From an uncultured bacterium (GTDB lineage: Bacteria; Hydrogenedentota; Hydrogenedentia; Hydrogenedentales; CAILVY01), in the NCBI GenBank assembly GCA_937951485.1, contig CALEDJ010000045.1, positions 139,100-203,099 on the forward strand: a stretch of DNA of 64,000 bases, written 5' to 3'. The position numbers were made by a program, and so were the translations under genes. Below the pieces are notes generated by a model. It was given only the letters and a program-made list of their open reading frames with translations, was not told the DNA's origin and ran no database searches. Positions 1 to 11,100 of the stretch are shown here, in pieces (the stretch's first letter is position 1; each line of letters begins with the position of its first letter).

Positions 1-16
1 ACAGGGTGCGGCGACG

Positions 17-2026
17 TTATTCCACAGGCTCAGTGGATGCGATCTTCTGAAAATACCGCCAGGTATCCAGTTGCGCCTGGTGGGGTTCGCCCTCATTGGG
101 CACATATTGATTGGTCTGCATGGCGTCGAGGATGCGCGCTTTGACGTTGTCCTGTATTTGGAGAGCCATGATATCCATGACCTGCCGTTGCAGTTCCTTG
201 TCGTAGATGGGGAAAGCGGTTTCGACGCGCCAGTCTATGTTGCGCTCCATGAGGTCGGCGGAACTCATGTACATCACGCGGTCCTGGTCTTTGCCGAAGA
301 CATAGATGCGCTGGTGTTCCAGGTAGCGGTCGAGAATGGAGATGGCGCGGATGTTGGGGTGGGGGAGCATGGCGTAGGTTGTTCGTACGATGAGGTCCAG
401 ATGCACGCCGGCATCCGCCGCCTCGCGCAGTTTGGCGATGATCTTCGCGTCGGTGAGGTGATTGATCTTGAAAAAGATATAGCCGTCGGGACCTTTTTCC
501 GTTTCACGCTGAATCAGTTTGTTGAATGTTTTCCGGGTATTGAAGGGCGACACGACGAGGTGTTTGAACTTGGGGGTGGAGATGGCGCGCATGCCGGCGC
601 TTTGCTCGAAAAACTCGAAAGTGTCTGCCACTTCCTGGGCGAGCCGCTTGTCGGCGGTGAGCAGAATGCTGTCCACGTAAAGCCTGCCAGTCACCTCGTT
701 GAAGTTCCCTGTGGACAGGCCGACATAGCGCACGCCGTCGCGGACGATGAGCAGGAGTTTGCTGTGTACCTTCAGCGGCTGGGCGCCATAGGTGACGGTC
801 GCGCCCTCTTCAATAAGCCGTTCTGAAATGCGGATGTTGTTTTCCTCGTCGAAGCGCGCCTGCAACTCCACATTCGCATATATCCGCTTGCCGTTGCGGG
901 CGGCGTTGATCAGGGCGTTGACGACGCGCGAGGGATTCGCGGCGCGGTACACCGTCATGCGGATTTCCTGCACCTTCGGATCAATGGCCGCCTCGCGCAG
1001 CAATCGGATGACGTGGTCAAAGGACTGGTAGGGATAAGTGATGAGCAAATCGCGGCGGCGGATGATGTCCATCATCGGCGTGCGGTTCCCGTCCAGGGCA
1101 GGGTGCTTCGCCACCTCCAGCCGTTGATAACTCAGGTCGGGCCGGCGCGCGGGGAAGTGCATCAGGTCGCGCATATTGTGATAGCGCCCGCCCGGAATCA
1201 CCGTGTCGTCATCGCTGATGCGCAGTTCCTTCCGGAGCAACTTGAAGAGGCCGACGGGCATGTCCATGTCATAGACCAGCCGGGTCGGGCGGCCGCCCTT
1301 GCGCTGGCGCAGCACCTTCTGCATCTTGCGGACATAGCCTTCGGAGAAATCGTTGTCTATGTCCAGTTCCGCGTCGCGGGAAATCTTGAATTCAAACGCT
1401 TCTATTTTGTCGTACTGGAAAATGTAGAAGACCTCATCGAGCGAATGGCGGATGACATCGTCAATGTACATGATGTTGCCGTTGGGCAGTTCGACGAAAC
1501 GCGGGAGCGTGGAGGGAATTTCGAGGATGGCGTAACGGGGTGTCTTGCCCTGCATTTTCACGCCAAAATACAGCGCTCCGTCAATGAGTTGGGGCATGGG
1601 CCGGTCTTCTCGGAGAATGATGGGGACGAGATTGGGCAGCACGCGATCATGAAAGAATTCCTGGAGCCAGTCGTGCATATCCTGCTCGTGGGAAATAATG
1701 TCATCTTCTTTCAGCAGTTTGACGCCCTGCGCGGCGAGCGCATCGGTGATATCGGCATAGGCCGCCTGGAATCGCTCATCCAGTTCACGGGCTTTTTCAT
1801 TGACCACCTCGAGCACATCGGTGACGCCCTTCTTGCCGAGTTCGATCATGCGGTGCATGATGGCCACGCGCACCTTGAAGAATTCGTCCATGTTGGACGA
1901 AAAGATGCCGAGGAATTTAAGGCGTTCGAGCAGCGGGTTGCGGTGGTCCTCCGCTTCCTGGAGCACCCGTTCGTTGAAGGAAAGCGTTGAAACTTCTCGA
2001 ATCTGATAAAGATTTTTCATGCCCAC
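17..2026 (-). CDS. ppk1: Polyphosphate kinase 1
   Basis: Motifs SFNERVL..PLLERLKFLGIFSSNMDEFF, ELQARFDEENNI, KVHSK (phospho-His), RYLEHQR and SSADLMERN. The start may be the ATG at 2020. Confidence 0.96.
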   Translation of the reverse strand: MGMKNLYQIREVSTLSFNERVLQEAEDHRNPLLERLKFLGIFSSNMDEFFKVRVAIMHRMIELGKKGVTDVLEVVNEKARELDERFQAAYADITDALAAQGVKLLKEDDIISHEQDMHDWLQEFFHDRVLPNLVPIILREDRPMPQLIDGALYFGVKMQGKTPRYAILEIPSTLPRFVELPNGNIMYIDDVIRHSLDEVFYIFQYDKIEAFEFKISRDAELDIDNDFSEGYVRKMQKVLRQRKGGRPTRLVYDMDMPVGLFKLLRKELRISDDDTVIPGGRYHNMRDLMHFPARRPDLSYQRLEVAKHPALDGNRTPMMDIIRRRDLLITYPYQSFDHVIRLLREAAIDPKVQEIRMTVYRAANPSRVVNALINAARNGKRIYANVELQARFDEENNIRISERLIEEGATVTYGAQPLKVHSKLLLIVRDGVRYVGLSTGNFNEVTGRLYVDSILLTADKRLAQEVADTFEFFEQSAGMRAISTPKFKHLVVSPFNTRKTFNKLIQRETEKGPDGYIFFKINHLTDAKIIAKLREAADAGVHLDLIVRTTYAMLPHPNIRAISILDRYLEHQRIYVFGKDQDRVMYMSSADLMERNIDWRVETAFPIYDKELQRQVMDIMALQIQDNVKARILDAMQTNQYVPNEGEPHQAQLDTWRYFQKIASTEPVE

Positions 2027-2132
2027 GGATCAACTGACTGGTTTGGCCGAACGCGAATGGTCTCTATTGCCACCAACAAATCACATGATACCCTGCGCAT
2101 CAACGCTGACATCAGCGCTTCTGCCGCCCGCA

Positions 2133-3611
2133 TCAGAATGAGATGTCCAGCCGCGCGAGATGCGCCAGCAACTGGCGGCGCGCCAGCGGCCAGAGTTCGC
2201 GCGGCGTGTCATCATAAGCCTTTTCCAGGATTTTGTCCAACGAGGCCGCCCCCGCAGCAATGGCTTGCCGGATTTTCTCTTCCCTGTTCAGCCGATGCGC
2301 GATAAGCGCCCGAAACAAATCCTTGCCGCTGTGGTTCCAGGTCGGCAGGCCATGGCCGGGAATGGTGAAAGCGATATCGGCCTGCGCCAGGCGTTCCAGT
2401 TGTTGCAGGTATTGCGTCATATCGCCGCCGAGGTCCGGGGCAATGAGAATGGTTCCCGGATTGGCCGCCATATCGCCGCATATGAGCGTCTGCGTGGTCT
2501 CCTCGATGAAGCACAAGTGGCCGGGGTCGTGGCCGGGCGTGTGGAGGCAGCGGATGCGCCAGGGTGTTTCGCCCTTGATTTCCAGCATATCGCCTTCGTC
2601 GAGAAAGCGGTCGGGACGGATTTCCGGCGCGCCGGGATTGGGCCGCGCGAGGGCATGGGCGCAGACCGGCGCGCCGTAGGTTTCCCGCAGAAACCCCGCC
2701 GCCCCGGCATGGTCGGCGTGCGCGTGGGTGAGCAAGACCGCCGTCACCTTCCCCCCCAGCAGACACAAGCGGTCCAGGTGTTTTTTCAGGCGCATTTTTT
2801 CGGTGTCATCCGTTGCGCCGGGATCAATCACCGCCAAATCCTCCACACCGACCACCACGCAGTTGGTGTGTGTGGCGGGCGGCAGGGTATGCGTGCACAA
2901 GGGAATGATGGAAATGCCCGGGCGCGGCTCGAAACGCTCGGTAATGACCGGATCGCGGCTGGGGTTGTCCACCATGTAGGGGATCGCCTCTTCCGGGGTG
3001 AAATGCGCCAAGTGCCGCACGATATACGCCACAGGGGTTGACAGCCGGATGGCGCCGGCGCGCCAGCGCCGCAGGGCCTCGCCCGGCCGCATCCATTCCA
3101 CGCCGACAATTTCGCTGTCCGGCCCCTCCGCCTCTTCCCAGGCCGGCCCCACATAGTCATGGAAAAAATACTGGGTTTGAAACCGTACCGGCGAGAAAGC
3201 CGGGGTGGTCCACATGCCTGCGGCCAGGAACGCCGCTGCGTCAATCCGGCGTCCCATACGGCGCAGCATGCGGTCAAACGTGTCCTGTTTGCGAAGCAGG
3301 GCCTGGCGGGCTTTGCGCAGGAAATTGTGATCGGGCATGGCGCCTGTGGCGAGAAACAGGCCGGTTTCCTCAAACACTTCCCGCGCCGCCGTGAAGATGC
3401 GCTGCGCCATCGCCGGGTCCATGGCGCCATCCACCAGGTCCGGCGTGTCTTCTTTGTCCACCGCGCCGCCGGGGAACGCATGGTGCCCGCCCATGAATGT
3501 CAACCGTTCGCTGCGCCGCACCATGAGCACCTTGCCGCTGTCGCGTCGAAACAGCACGCAGGCCGCGGCCTGGCGCGGGGGCAAGTGACTATGGGTGTCC
3601 CACGTGGTCAT
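2133..3611 (-). CDS. NUDIX hydrolase fused to a metallo-beta-lactamase-fold (LACTB2-like) hydrolase
   Basis: N-terminal FPGGAVD...AAREVFEETG Nudix box. C-terminal THAHADH, HTPGH, GD and PGHG MBL motifs. Start moved to MTTWDT (3611). Confidence 0.85.
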   Translation of the reverse strand: MTTWDTHSHLPPRQAAACVLFRRDSGKVLMVRRSERLTFMGGHHAFPGGAVDKEDTPDLVDGAMDPAMAQRIFTAAREVFEETGLFLATGAMPDHNFLRKARQALLRKQDTFDRMLRRMGRRIDAAAFLAAGMWTTPAFSPVRFQTQYFFHDYVGPAWEEAEGPDSEIVGVEWMRPGEALRRWRAGAIRLSTPVAYIVRHLAHFTPEEAIPYMVDNPSRDPVITERFEPRPGISIIPLCTHTLPPATHTNCVVVGVEDLAVIDPGATDDTEKMRLKKHLDRLCLLGGKVTAVLLTHAHADHAGAAGFLRETYGAPVCAHALARPNPGAPEIRPDRFLDEGDMLEIKGETPWRIRCLHTPGHDPGHLCFIEETTQTLICGDMAANPGTILIAPDLGGDMTQYLQQLERLAQADIAFTIPGHGLPTWNHSGKDLFRALIAHRLNREEKIRQAIAAGAASLDKILEKAYDDTPRELWPLARRQLLAHLARLDISF

Positions 3612-3653
3612 GGCGTCATGGTGGCAATAATTGTCTGTCCAGTCAAGCCAGGC

Positions 3654-3698
3654 AAAGGACGCAAAGGACCAAAGCGACGGGAAGGACAGAGGGACGGC
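3654..3698. repeat. Degenerate 9-bp tandem repeat (AAAGGACNN-like), about 5 units
   Basis: aaaggacgc aaaggacca aagcgacgg gaaggacag agggacggc. Confidence 0.55.
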
Positions 3699-3844
3699 AG
3701 CAATGCCGCACACAGGGCGCGATTCTTGCGCAGCGGCTGATGAGAGACAGACGGTCCGGATTTGTTTATAATGCCTGTATCAGAAATCGCCGGCGGCGCG
3801 TTGTGCGGGAAATCGAGCGTTGCCAAGACGGAGGGAAGATCATC

Positions 3845-5305
3845 ATGGACGCGCTGTTCAATCGCAGAACCTTTTTGAAGTCCACGGCGGCGTTGTCGGC
3901 CATCACTGCCTGGCCGGGATTGGGCGCGGCCACGCTGGGAACGGCCCTGGCGCCGACATCCGCCGGGAAGAAACCGGGAATCGTGCGGGGGGCCTTTTTC
4001 TATCCACCGGCGCAGGTGGTGCTTGACGGCAGGTGTGAAGACAACTGGAATGTCCACAATTGGTTCACGTGGCCGGGCAACCAGTTCAAGCCGGAGGAAC
4101 AGCAGGGCAAATTCATGGCCGAATTGCAGCGCATGATCACGGGACTCAATCTCGAACTGGTCATGGATGACGCCGCGATCTACACCGACGCGGGCATTCA
4201 GGCGTTCATTGCGGACATTCAGGCATCCAAGCCCGACGCCCTCCTGCTTTTCAATTTCTGGAACAGTTTCAGCGCAAAAATCTATCCCATTCTTGACGCC
4301 TATGATGGCCCGATTATCCTGTACCATCCCCTCGGCGCCAGCCATCAACTGCCGCCGGAACGTTTCCGCACCGGGCCGCGCTTGTACTATATTCATTCCA
4401 TTGAGCATTATGCCGCGCTGGAAAACGGCCTGCGCGCCATCCATGCCAGGACGCGCATGGCGCAGAGCAGACTGTTGCGCGTATCCGGAAAACTTCAGGA
4501 AGAGTCGGACGACATCGAGCCGTTTTTCAATACGGCTATCCACAGCGTGCCCGCCGCGCATTTCAACGACCTGTTCGATGAAACGGAACTGACGGCGGAG
4601 ATGCGTCAGGTCGCGGACGCCGTCCGTGCGCACGCCGTCAGAGTTACCGATCTCGCGGATGAGGCGTTTCTGGATGCCGTGCGCGCGCATGCCGCCGTAC
4701 AGAAACTTATGGAGCGGCACCAGGCGGATGCCATCACCATTGAATGTCTTTTCCTGAAGCACCGCAAGCCCTGCCTGAGTTTCGCCATCAACAACGGCAG
4801 GCTCATTCCCTGCGGCTGTGAGAACGACCTGAACGCCACCCTGTCGCTGATGCTCGGCGCGCAACTTTTCGGCGTGGGCGGGTTCCAGCACAACCCGGAA
4901 TTCGACACGACGGAGAACCGCTATTTCGGCGCGCACTGCACCTGCACGCCGCAGATGCGCGGGGCCGGAAAAGAGGAAGCCCCCTACGAACTGCGTCCTT
5001 TCTTCCATCAATTGCCCAAGACCCTGGCGCTCGACGTCAAATGGCCGCCGAATGAACCGGTGACCCTCTTCAAATATCAGACGGACGGTCCGCTCCTGCA
5101 CGCCTGGAACGGCGAGGTGGTCAATTCGCCGGACTGTCCCCCCACGGGCGGCTGCGCCACGCGCGTGCTGGTGAAAATGCACGACGTGAAAAACATCTGC
5201 GACATCTATCCCGGCACGCATCCATCATTGTTCTGCGGCAACTTCGCTCAGCGGGCCAAGGTCTTCGCAACACTCTATGGTCTCGACATCCGGACAAACG
5301 CGTAA
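3845..5305 (+). CDS. Tat-exported protein with an L-fucose/L-arabinose isomerase-like fold
   Basis: NRRTFLK twin-arginine signal. DAITIEC..PCL..GCEND and GAHCT motifs are typical of the fucose-isomerase-like family. Start moved to MDALF (3845). Confidence 0.7.
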   Translation: MDALFNRRTFLKSTAALSAITAWPGLGAATLGTALAPTSAGKKPGIVRGAFFYPPAQVVLDGRCEDNWNVHNWFTWPGNQFKPEEQQGKFMAELQRMITGLNLELVMDDAAIYTDAGIQAFIADIQASKPDALLLFNFWNSFSAKIYPILDAYDGPIILYHPLGASHQLPPERFRTGPRLYYIHSIEHYAALENGLRAIHARTRMAQSRLLRVSGKLQEESDDIEPFFNTAIHSVPAAHFNDLFDETELTAEMRQVADAVRAHAVRVTDLADEAFLDAVRAHAAVQKLMERHQADAITIECLFLKHRKPCLSFAINNGRLIPCGCENDLNATLSLMLGAQLFGVGGFQHNPEFDTTENRYFGAHCTCTPQMRGAGKEEAPYELRPFFHQLPKTLALDVKWPPNEPVTLFKYQTDGPLLHAWNGEVVNSPDCPPTGGCATRVLVKMHDVKNICDIYPGTHPSLFCGNFAQRAKVFATLYGLDIRTNA

Positions 5306-5508
5306 AGCCCCCCCCGATCGGGGCTGTTCCGCCGCCGTCGGATGAACTGGTTCATCCTGGGCCGGGCGGATTCGTGCACTATGTATTGCGCCACGGAATA
5401 CACGTGTATGGCGACACACCGGACTTGCCACAGCGCCCGCCGCGCAAATGACGGATTGTTCACTTCATGATGTGACACGCGGTATGCTGAGGATATGGGA
5501 GCATCGCA

Positions 5509-5823
5509 ATGAAGGTGCTATCAGAAAAAGATCGCAACGCCCTGCGCGCGTTTTGTGAGCGTTGGCGCATCCGGGAACTCGATCTTTTTGGGTCCGCGCT
5601 GCGGGAGGATTTCAGCCCCGGCAGCGACCTCGATTTTTTGGTGCTGTATCCGCCTGACGCGAAGATCACCCTCATGGACGAGGTGATGATGCAGGAGGAA
5701 TTGACGCAACTTTGCGGAAGGCCCGTAGACCTGGCCAGTCGTCGCGCAGTCGAAGCATCCCACAACTGGATTCGCCGCCAGGCGATTCTGGAAAGTGCTG
5801 AGCCGATCTATGTCGCGTCCTGA
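5509..5823 (+). CDS. Minimal nucleotidyltransferase (MNT/MntA-type antitoxin)
   Basis: LFGSALREDFSPGSDLDFLV (GSx10DxD), 104 aa. Overlaps a downstream HEPN remnant. Confidence 0.9.
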   Translation: MKVLSEKDRNALRAFCERWRIRELDLFGSALREDFSPGSDLDFLVLYPPDAKITLMDEVMMQEELTQLCGRPVDLASRRAVEASHNWIRRQAILESAEPIYVAS

Positions 5824-5971
5824 CGACCTGGCTGCGTTAATTGATATTACTTGCGCGGCAAAGAATGTTGTTGTCTTGATTGAAGGCATGAATCGTTTCG
5901 AATTTCTGCGGGACAAGGAAACCCAAGCCGCCGTTCAGCATCAGAAAATAGAACCTTTATTGCGGACCTGA
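5810..5971 (+). pseudogene. Internally deleted HEPN/DUF86 (HepT-like) toxin remnant, 53 aa
   Basis: Hand translation MSRPDDLAALIDITCAAKNVVVLIEGMNRFEFLRDKETQAAVQHQ-KIEPLLRT*. A DUF86-like N-terminus is joined to a DUF86-like C-terminus with no RxxxxH motif. Confidence 0.7.
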
Positions 5972-6040
5972 TGCACCCCGTGACCTCATAGCCACTCTTG
6001 AGCGCAATTTCCGCCATATCAAGAGGGATTGCCCTGTCCG

Positions 6041-7936
6041 CTATTTCAGCCCCAAAGCCTTTTGTTTTTTCTCGCGGGGCGCGCCGGTGGCGTCCCAGCC
6101 TCGGATGCGGTAGTAGGTTCCGAGCATCTTGCCGAGGGGGACGCGGGTGCGAGGGTCGCCGGGGATTTGGGGTTCGTCGGTGAGGCGTTTGGGCAGGGCG
6201 TCTTCTGCGGCGGTCAATCCCATGCGGATGTTGAGCAGGCGTTCGAGGGTGAAGCCGCGTTCTCCGATGCTTTTGAGCACGCCAACGTTCATTTTCATGC
6301 CGGTGACCGCGGCCAGCGCCTTCGTATAGGGGAAAAGCGGCAGGTGAATCGGCATCATGGACGCGGGCAGTCGGTCGAGCAGGCCGACCAGGCCGCCGGA
6401 AAGCGGCAACACGGCATTGACGAACTGGGCGATGGGGTTGCGCTGGTGGGTGATGAGCCAGCCGGGGTAGAAGGAGAACAGGGGGAAGAGGCAGCATCCG
6501 GCGGCGGAGATGCCCTCCATGAGGTTCTGGTTCAGGATGGTCAGGGCGGCCTTGGCGCGGTGGGTGTATGGGTTCATGCCCAGCCCCAACCCCTCCATCA
6601 GCACCAGATAGCCCGCGTTGAGGTGGCAGCCGCCGCGATTTGCCGTGGCGTAGCCCAGCCCCTGGCCCACGGCACCGCGCGGTTCGTAAGCGGCGAGTTC
6701 CAGTCCCTTCGCGTGGATGGCGAAGTCTTTGCCGCCGAGGCGTTCCGACAGTCGCCGCGTGCCCTCCGCGAGCAGGTCGCCGATGCCCCGACGATACGCG
6801 ATGCTTTCAATCACCTCGGCGATATTGTCGGTCTTGCCGAAGTGCAGCCCGCAGTCCCAGAGTCCCTTTTCCTGCAGTTCCATCGCGAAGCCGATGACGC
6901 CGCCCGTGCTGATGGTGTCCATGCCGAGTTCATCGAGCAGATAATTCCACTCGATGATGCGCTCCATGCTGTTGTTTTCCAGGTTCGGCCCCAGGAGACC
7001 GAGCGTTTCCAGTTCCGGGCCTTTGATGCGCTTGCCGTTAAGTTCGACCTGTCGCCCGCAGTTGATGTGACACGTCGTGCAGCCGATGGTCTTGATGAGA
7101 TGCTTCCCGGCGAGGGTCTGTCCGGAGAGCATGTCGTAATCTTTGAATGCGCCATGCTGGTAGTTGCGGGTGGCCAGCACCTTGTGCTCGTTCATGATCC
7201 GCAGCAGGAAGCCCGTGCCGTATTTGGGCAGTGCTTCGCCCGTGAGCGGATGGGCCTTGAGCATCTTGATCCAGCCCTTGAAAATGGCCCGCGCCTTTTC
7301 CGGATGGCGCATCTCTGTTTTGCGCGTTCCCGTGGCGGTGATGGCCTTGAGGTTTTTCGACCCCATCACCGCGCCCAGACCTGCCCGGCCTGCCGTCCGG
7401 TCCCCGCTGAAGATGCAGGCATAGCGCACGAGGTGCTCCCCCGCCGGACCGATGACCATTTTGCCGACCTTCTCGCCCAGGGTCTCCTGGGTCTCGCCCG
7501 TGGTTTTGCCCCAGAGGTGGCCGGCATCATGGAATTGCACCGCGTCTTCGGTGATTTCGATCCACACCGGCGATGCCGACTTGCCGGTGATGACCAGTGC
7601 GTCATAGCCCGCCTTTTTCAATGCGAGACCGAAATCGCCCCCACAGTTCGATGATGCGCAGAAACCCGTGAGCGGGGACAGCGCGGAGACGTTGAACCGA
7701 CTGGAGGACGGCGCGTTCGTGCCGGTCATTGGTCCGGTGGACACGACGAGCACATTGTCCGGTGAGAACGGGTCCGTGCCCGCCTGGAGATTGTCATAGA
7801 GGATTTTGGCGGCCATGATTTTGCCGCCCAGGTACATTTGGCGATCGGCATCCGTCCAAGGATATTCGCCGATCTCCCGGTCACTGAGGTTGATCTTCAG
7901 CACTTTCCCCGCATAGCCGCCGTATCTGGTGCTCAT
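6041..7936 (-). CDS. Aldehyde:ferredoxin oxidoreductase family (tungstopterin) protein
   Basis: GYAGKVLKINLS, SPLTG, AGRAGLGAVMGSKNLKA, CxxCxxxC, DELGMDTIS, ANRGGCH, EDALPKR. Confidence 0.92.
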   Translation of the reverse strand: MSTRYGGYAGKVLKINLSDREIGEYPWTDADRQMYLGGKIMAAKILYDNLQAGTDPFSPDNVLVVSTGPMTGTNAPSSSRFNVSALSPLTGFCASSNCGGDFGLALKKAGYDALVITGKSASPVWIEITEDAVQFHDAGHLWGKTTGETQETLGEKVGKMVIGPAGEHLVRYACIFSGDRTAGRAGLGAVMGSKNLKAITATGTRKTEMRHPEKARAIFKGWIKMLKAHPLTGEALPKYGTGFLLRIMNEHKVLATRNYQHGAFKDYDMLSGQTLAGKHLIKTIGCTTCHINCGRQVELNGKRIKGPELETLGLLGPNLENNSMERIIEWNYLLDELGMDTISTGGVIGFAMELQEKGLWDCGLHFGKTDNIAEVIESIAYRRGIGDLLAEGTRRLSERLGGKDFAIHAKGLELAAYEPRGAVGQGLGYATANRGGCHLNAGYLVLMEGLGLGMNPYTHRAKAALTILNQNLMEGISAAGCCLFPLFSFYPGWLITHQRNPIAQFVNAVLPLSGGLVGLLDRLPASMMPIHLPLFPYTKALAAVTGMKMNVGVLKSIGERGFTLERLLNIRMGLTAAEDALPKRLTDEPQIPGDPRTRVPLGKMLGTYYRIRGWDATGAPREKKQKALGLK

Positions 7937-8159
7937 GGCATGACCCTTCCTCTGATTGGCACAACGAACCGCACATCCCCGGACAGCGTCCTATGCCGCC
8001 TTGCCCTCCAATGTAGCACAACCCGGCGCAGCCGTCCAACATTCGGAAGACCCGTGCGGGCGAATGTCAGGGGCTTGTTTCGCGGCGCTGCACCATTTAT
8101 TGTAATGCCTTTGGCGCTGATGTTCCGGGGTCGGAACGGCAAAGCAAGGAAATGGAAAA

Positions 8160-11100
8160 ATGCTGGGATTGATTGCGACAGGGTTGTTGGCATTTTCGGC
8201 GGCGGGCGCGGATGCGCCGCCGATGCAGTGGGCGCACATGCTGACTTCACCTCCCCATGTCGCGCCGCTGGCGGCGGATATGCACCCGAACCCGGGCAGG
8301 GAGATCGTCGTCGCGGACGCGGAGGCGGGGACGGTGTATTGCCTCAGCGGACAGGGTGCGGTCTTGTGGGAATTTCAGACCGGCGCGGATGCGCCGTTGC
8401 GGGGGACGATGGCTTTGGGCCGGGGCAGGGACCGCGACACGCGGCTGTTGGCCGTGCCCGCGGGCGATACGGTGATCGTGCTGGACGCGGCGACGGGCGC
8501 GGAGCGCCACCGAACGGAAGTCGGCCCGATGGGACTTGGCGGGGCATGCTGGGCTGATTTGCGCGACGACGAAATGGACGTGATGATTGTCAGCACGATG
8601 GAAAACGGCGTGGCGGCCTTCGATGCGGAGGGAACGCCCCTGTGGACATATACCGCCGAGGACCATGATGATCCTCTGCGGATGAACGGACCGCCGGCCG
8701 CCGCCGATGCGGATGAAGACCGCATCCCGGAACTTTTTTTTGTGGCGGAAACGGGACCATTCTGCCTGGATGCCGATGGCAGGCTGCGATGGCGCGGCGC
8801 ATCGGGGGGGCGTTTTCTGGGCGCGGCGGCGGTTGCGCCGCCGGACCGGGATGGCGTGCCCCGGCTCTATTGCGTCTCGGCAGCACCGCCTGCGCTCCAC
8901 GCCTGCGACGCCGCGACCGGCGACGCCTTGTGGCAGACGCCGCTCCAGGACGCCCCGGACGACGCCACGGCGAATGCTATCGCGCTGGCGGACCTCGATC
9001 ACGATGGGCGCTATGAAGTGCTTGTCGGCGATGCCGCCGGTCGGGTCTATGCCATCGCCGATTCGGGGACGCTTCTGTGGACATTCCAGACGCAGCGGCC
9101 GGGTCCCGTGGCCATCGCGATCGGTGATGTCAGCGGCGACGGCGGCCTGGATGTGGTCATCGCCTCGGCGGACCACGGGCTCTATTGCCTGGACCGCACA
9201 GGCGCGCTCCAGTGGCGATACGAAGCGGGCGGCCCGCTGTTGCACGCGCCTGCACTGGCCGATGCGGACGGCGACGGCCGCACGCAAATCCTGTTCGGCG
9301 CGGGCGACAAGGCCATCCGCAGCATCGGGCCGGGCGGCCCCTTTGTGCCTGCGCTCATGCCGTGGCCCGGCGCGCGCGCCGATGCCGCGCGTCGCGGGCG
9401 ACCGGCCATCCAGGAAGCCTTTGAACTCGATAAAGATGCACTGGAACCGATACCCGACGTCGCGCCGTTGCTCCTGACAGGCGGTTTTGAACTGCCCGCG
9501 CAGGACACCACCGGGGCGGAGGTGTCTCGCCCGGTGGGTTGGACGCTCGAATCCGGCGACGGCGCATGGATTCTGGACGAAACGACCAGATTCGCGGGGA
9601 AATACGCGCTGAAGGTCCAACCCGAAAATGAACCCATCGTTGTCGTATCCGAAATCATCGCGATAACGCCCGACCTGCGCTGTGTCAATGCATCCGTGAT
9701 GGCGTCCGGGGAGGGCATGCGCGCCGTGCTGCGATGGCGCAAACGCGACGGCGTGTCACGGGAAGATGCTTTCCTTGTGCGCGGCGCTGCGTCTGAACAG
9801 TGGCGACGCCATGTGCTGCACCAGGCGCGTCCCCCGCTGGATGCGACGGGTTTCCAGGTGGTTCTGCGCGCGGAGGCGCCGGGCGAGGCCGCGTGGTGGG
9901 ATGAAGTGCACGCGGAAGGCAATTTCGAGCGCGTGCCGCAGGCGCGGGTTTTCATCAACCAGGCCGGATATGAAATCCAAGCCCCCAAACGTTTCACCGT
10001 CTGGACCAGTTTTCCTGCGCGCAACGGCCGTTTCGCGGTGACCACGGCATCGGGGCCGGTTTATGAGGGAAACCTTCATGGCGGCGAGCGCCTGATTGGC
10101 GCATTCAACAGCGATTGGGGCGGCTATTACTGGCAGGGTGATTTCACCGATTTTGATACCCGCGGTTCCTACACAATTGCCGTGGAATTGGAAGGTGCCA
10201 GGGCAAACAGCCCGTCGTTCGACGTCGGCCCGCATCTGCTGTGGTACAGGACCGTCCCGCAGGCGTTGCGGGCGTTCACCCTGCACCGTTGCGGCGCTGC
10301 CGCGCCCGGCAGGAACACCCCCTGTCATCTCGATGACGCCTGCGGAGAGCGCCTGCTCGACGGCGGCTGGCACGACGGCAGCGACTACGACAAGACCCAC
10401 GCGCTGGAGTATCTCTGGCATCTGGTCAACGCTTACGGCGTCGTGCGCTGGCGCATTGACGCCGCCGGGCCGGAAATGCAGCCCGGCGCAGCATGGCTGG
10501 AGGAAATTGAATGGGGCATGGAATTGGCCCTGAAGGCCGTGAATGATGATGGCGCCGTCTGCCCCATGCCGGTCTCTGATCCGGAGTATTGGGGGCCGCC
10601 GGAGTCGGAAACCGACAATGAACCCAATACGGGCGACGAGCGCCGGATCGCCGGGAACGAACAGGAGTCGGCGGCATGGTGCGCGGCGGCGCTCGCGCGT
10701 ATGGCGCGGCTTTTTCCGGAAGACAACGGGCAATATGCAGCCGCCGCGCGGCGCATCGTAGAAAAGGCGCTCAAGGACGGCGCGACAGGGCCGCTGCTCT
10801 TCAGCGCCGCGATGGACCTCTATCTGATCTCACGGGATGAGACCCACGCGAAAATCGTGCATGGGTGGTATCCGGGGCCGGAACCCGCCTGTGCGGAGGC
10901 GGTGGCCGCCTACGACGCTCTCGATATCCACGCCAGTTTCAATCTCGCGATGGCGTTGCAGGCCCAAGCCGACGCCTGTCTCGCGCGCGCGAACAACCCC
11001 TTCGGCGTCTGCGCCCGCAACGAGGAGGACCGGGCCGACTTTTTCGGCATGGGCGCGTCCGACCCGGCCCACCTGATCGGCAACACTTTGTACCTCCTCG

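Noticed and set aside
7955-7975. TGGCAC as a possible sigma54 promoter
   Set aside because: There is no TTGC at the -12 position.
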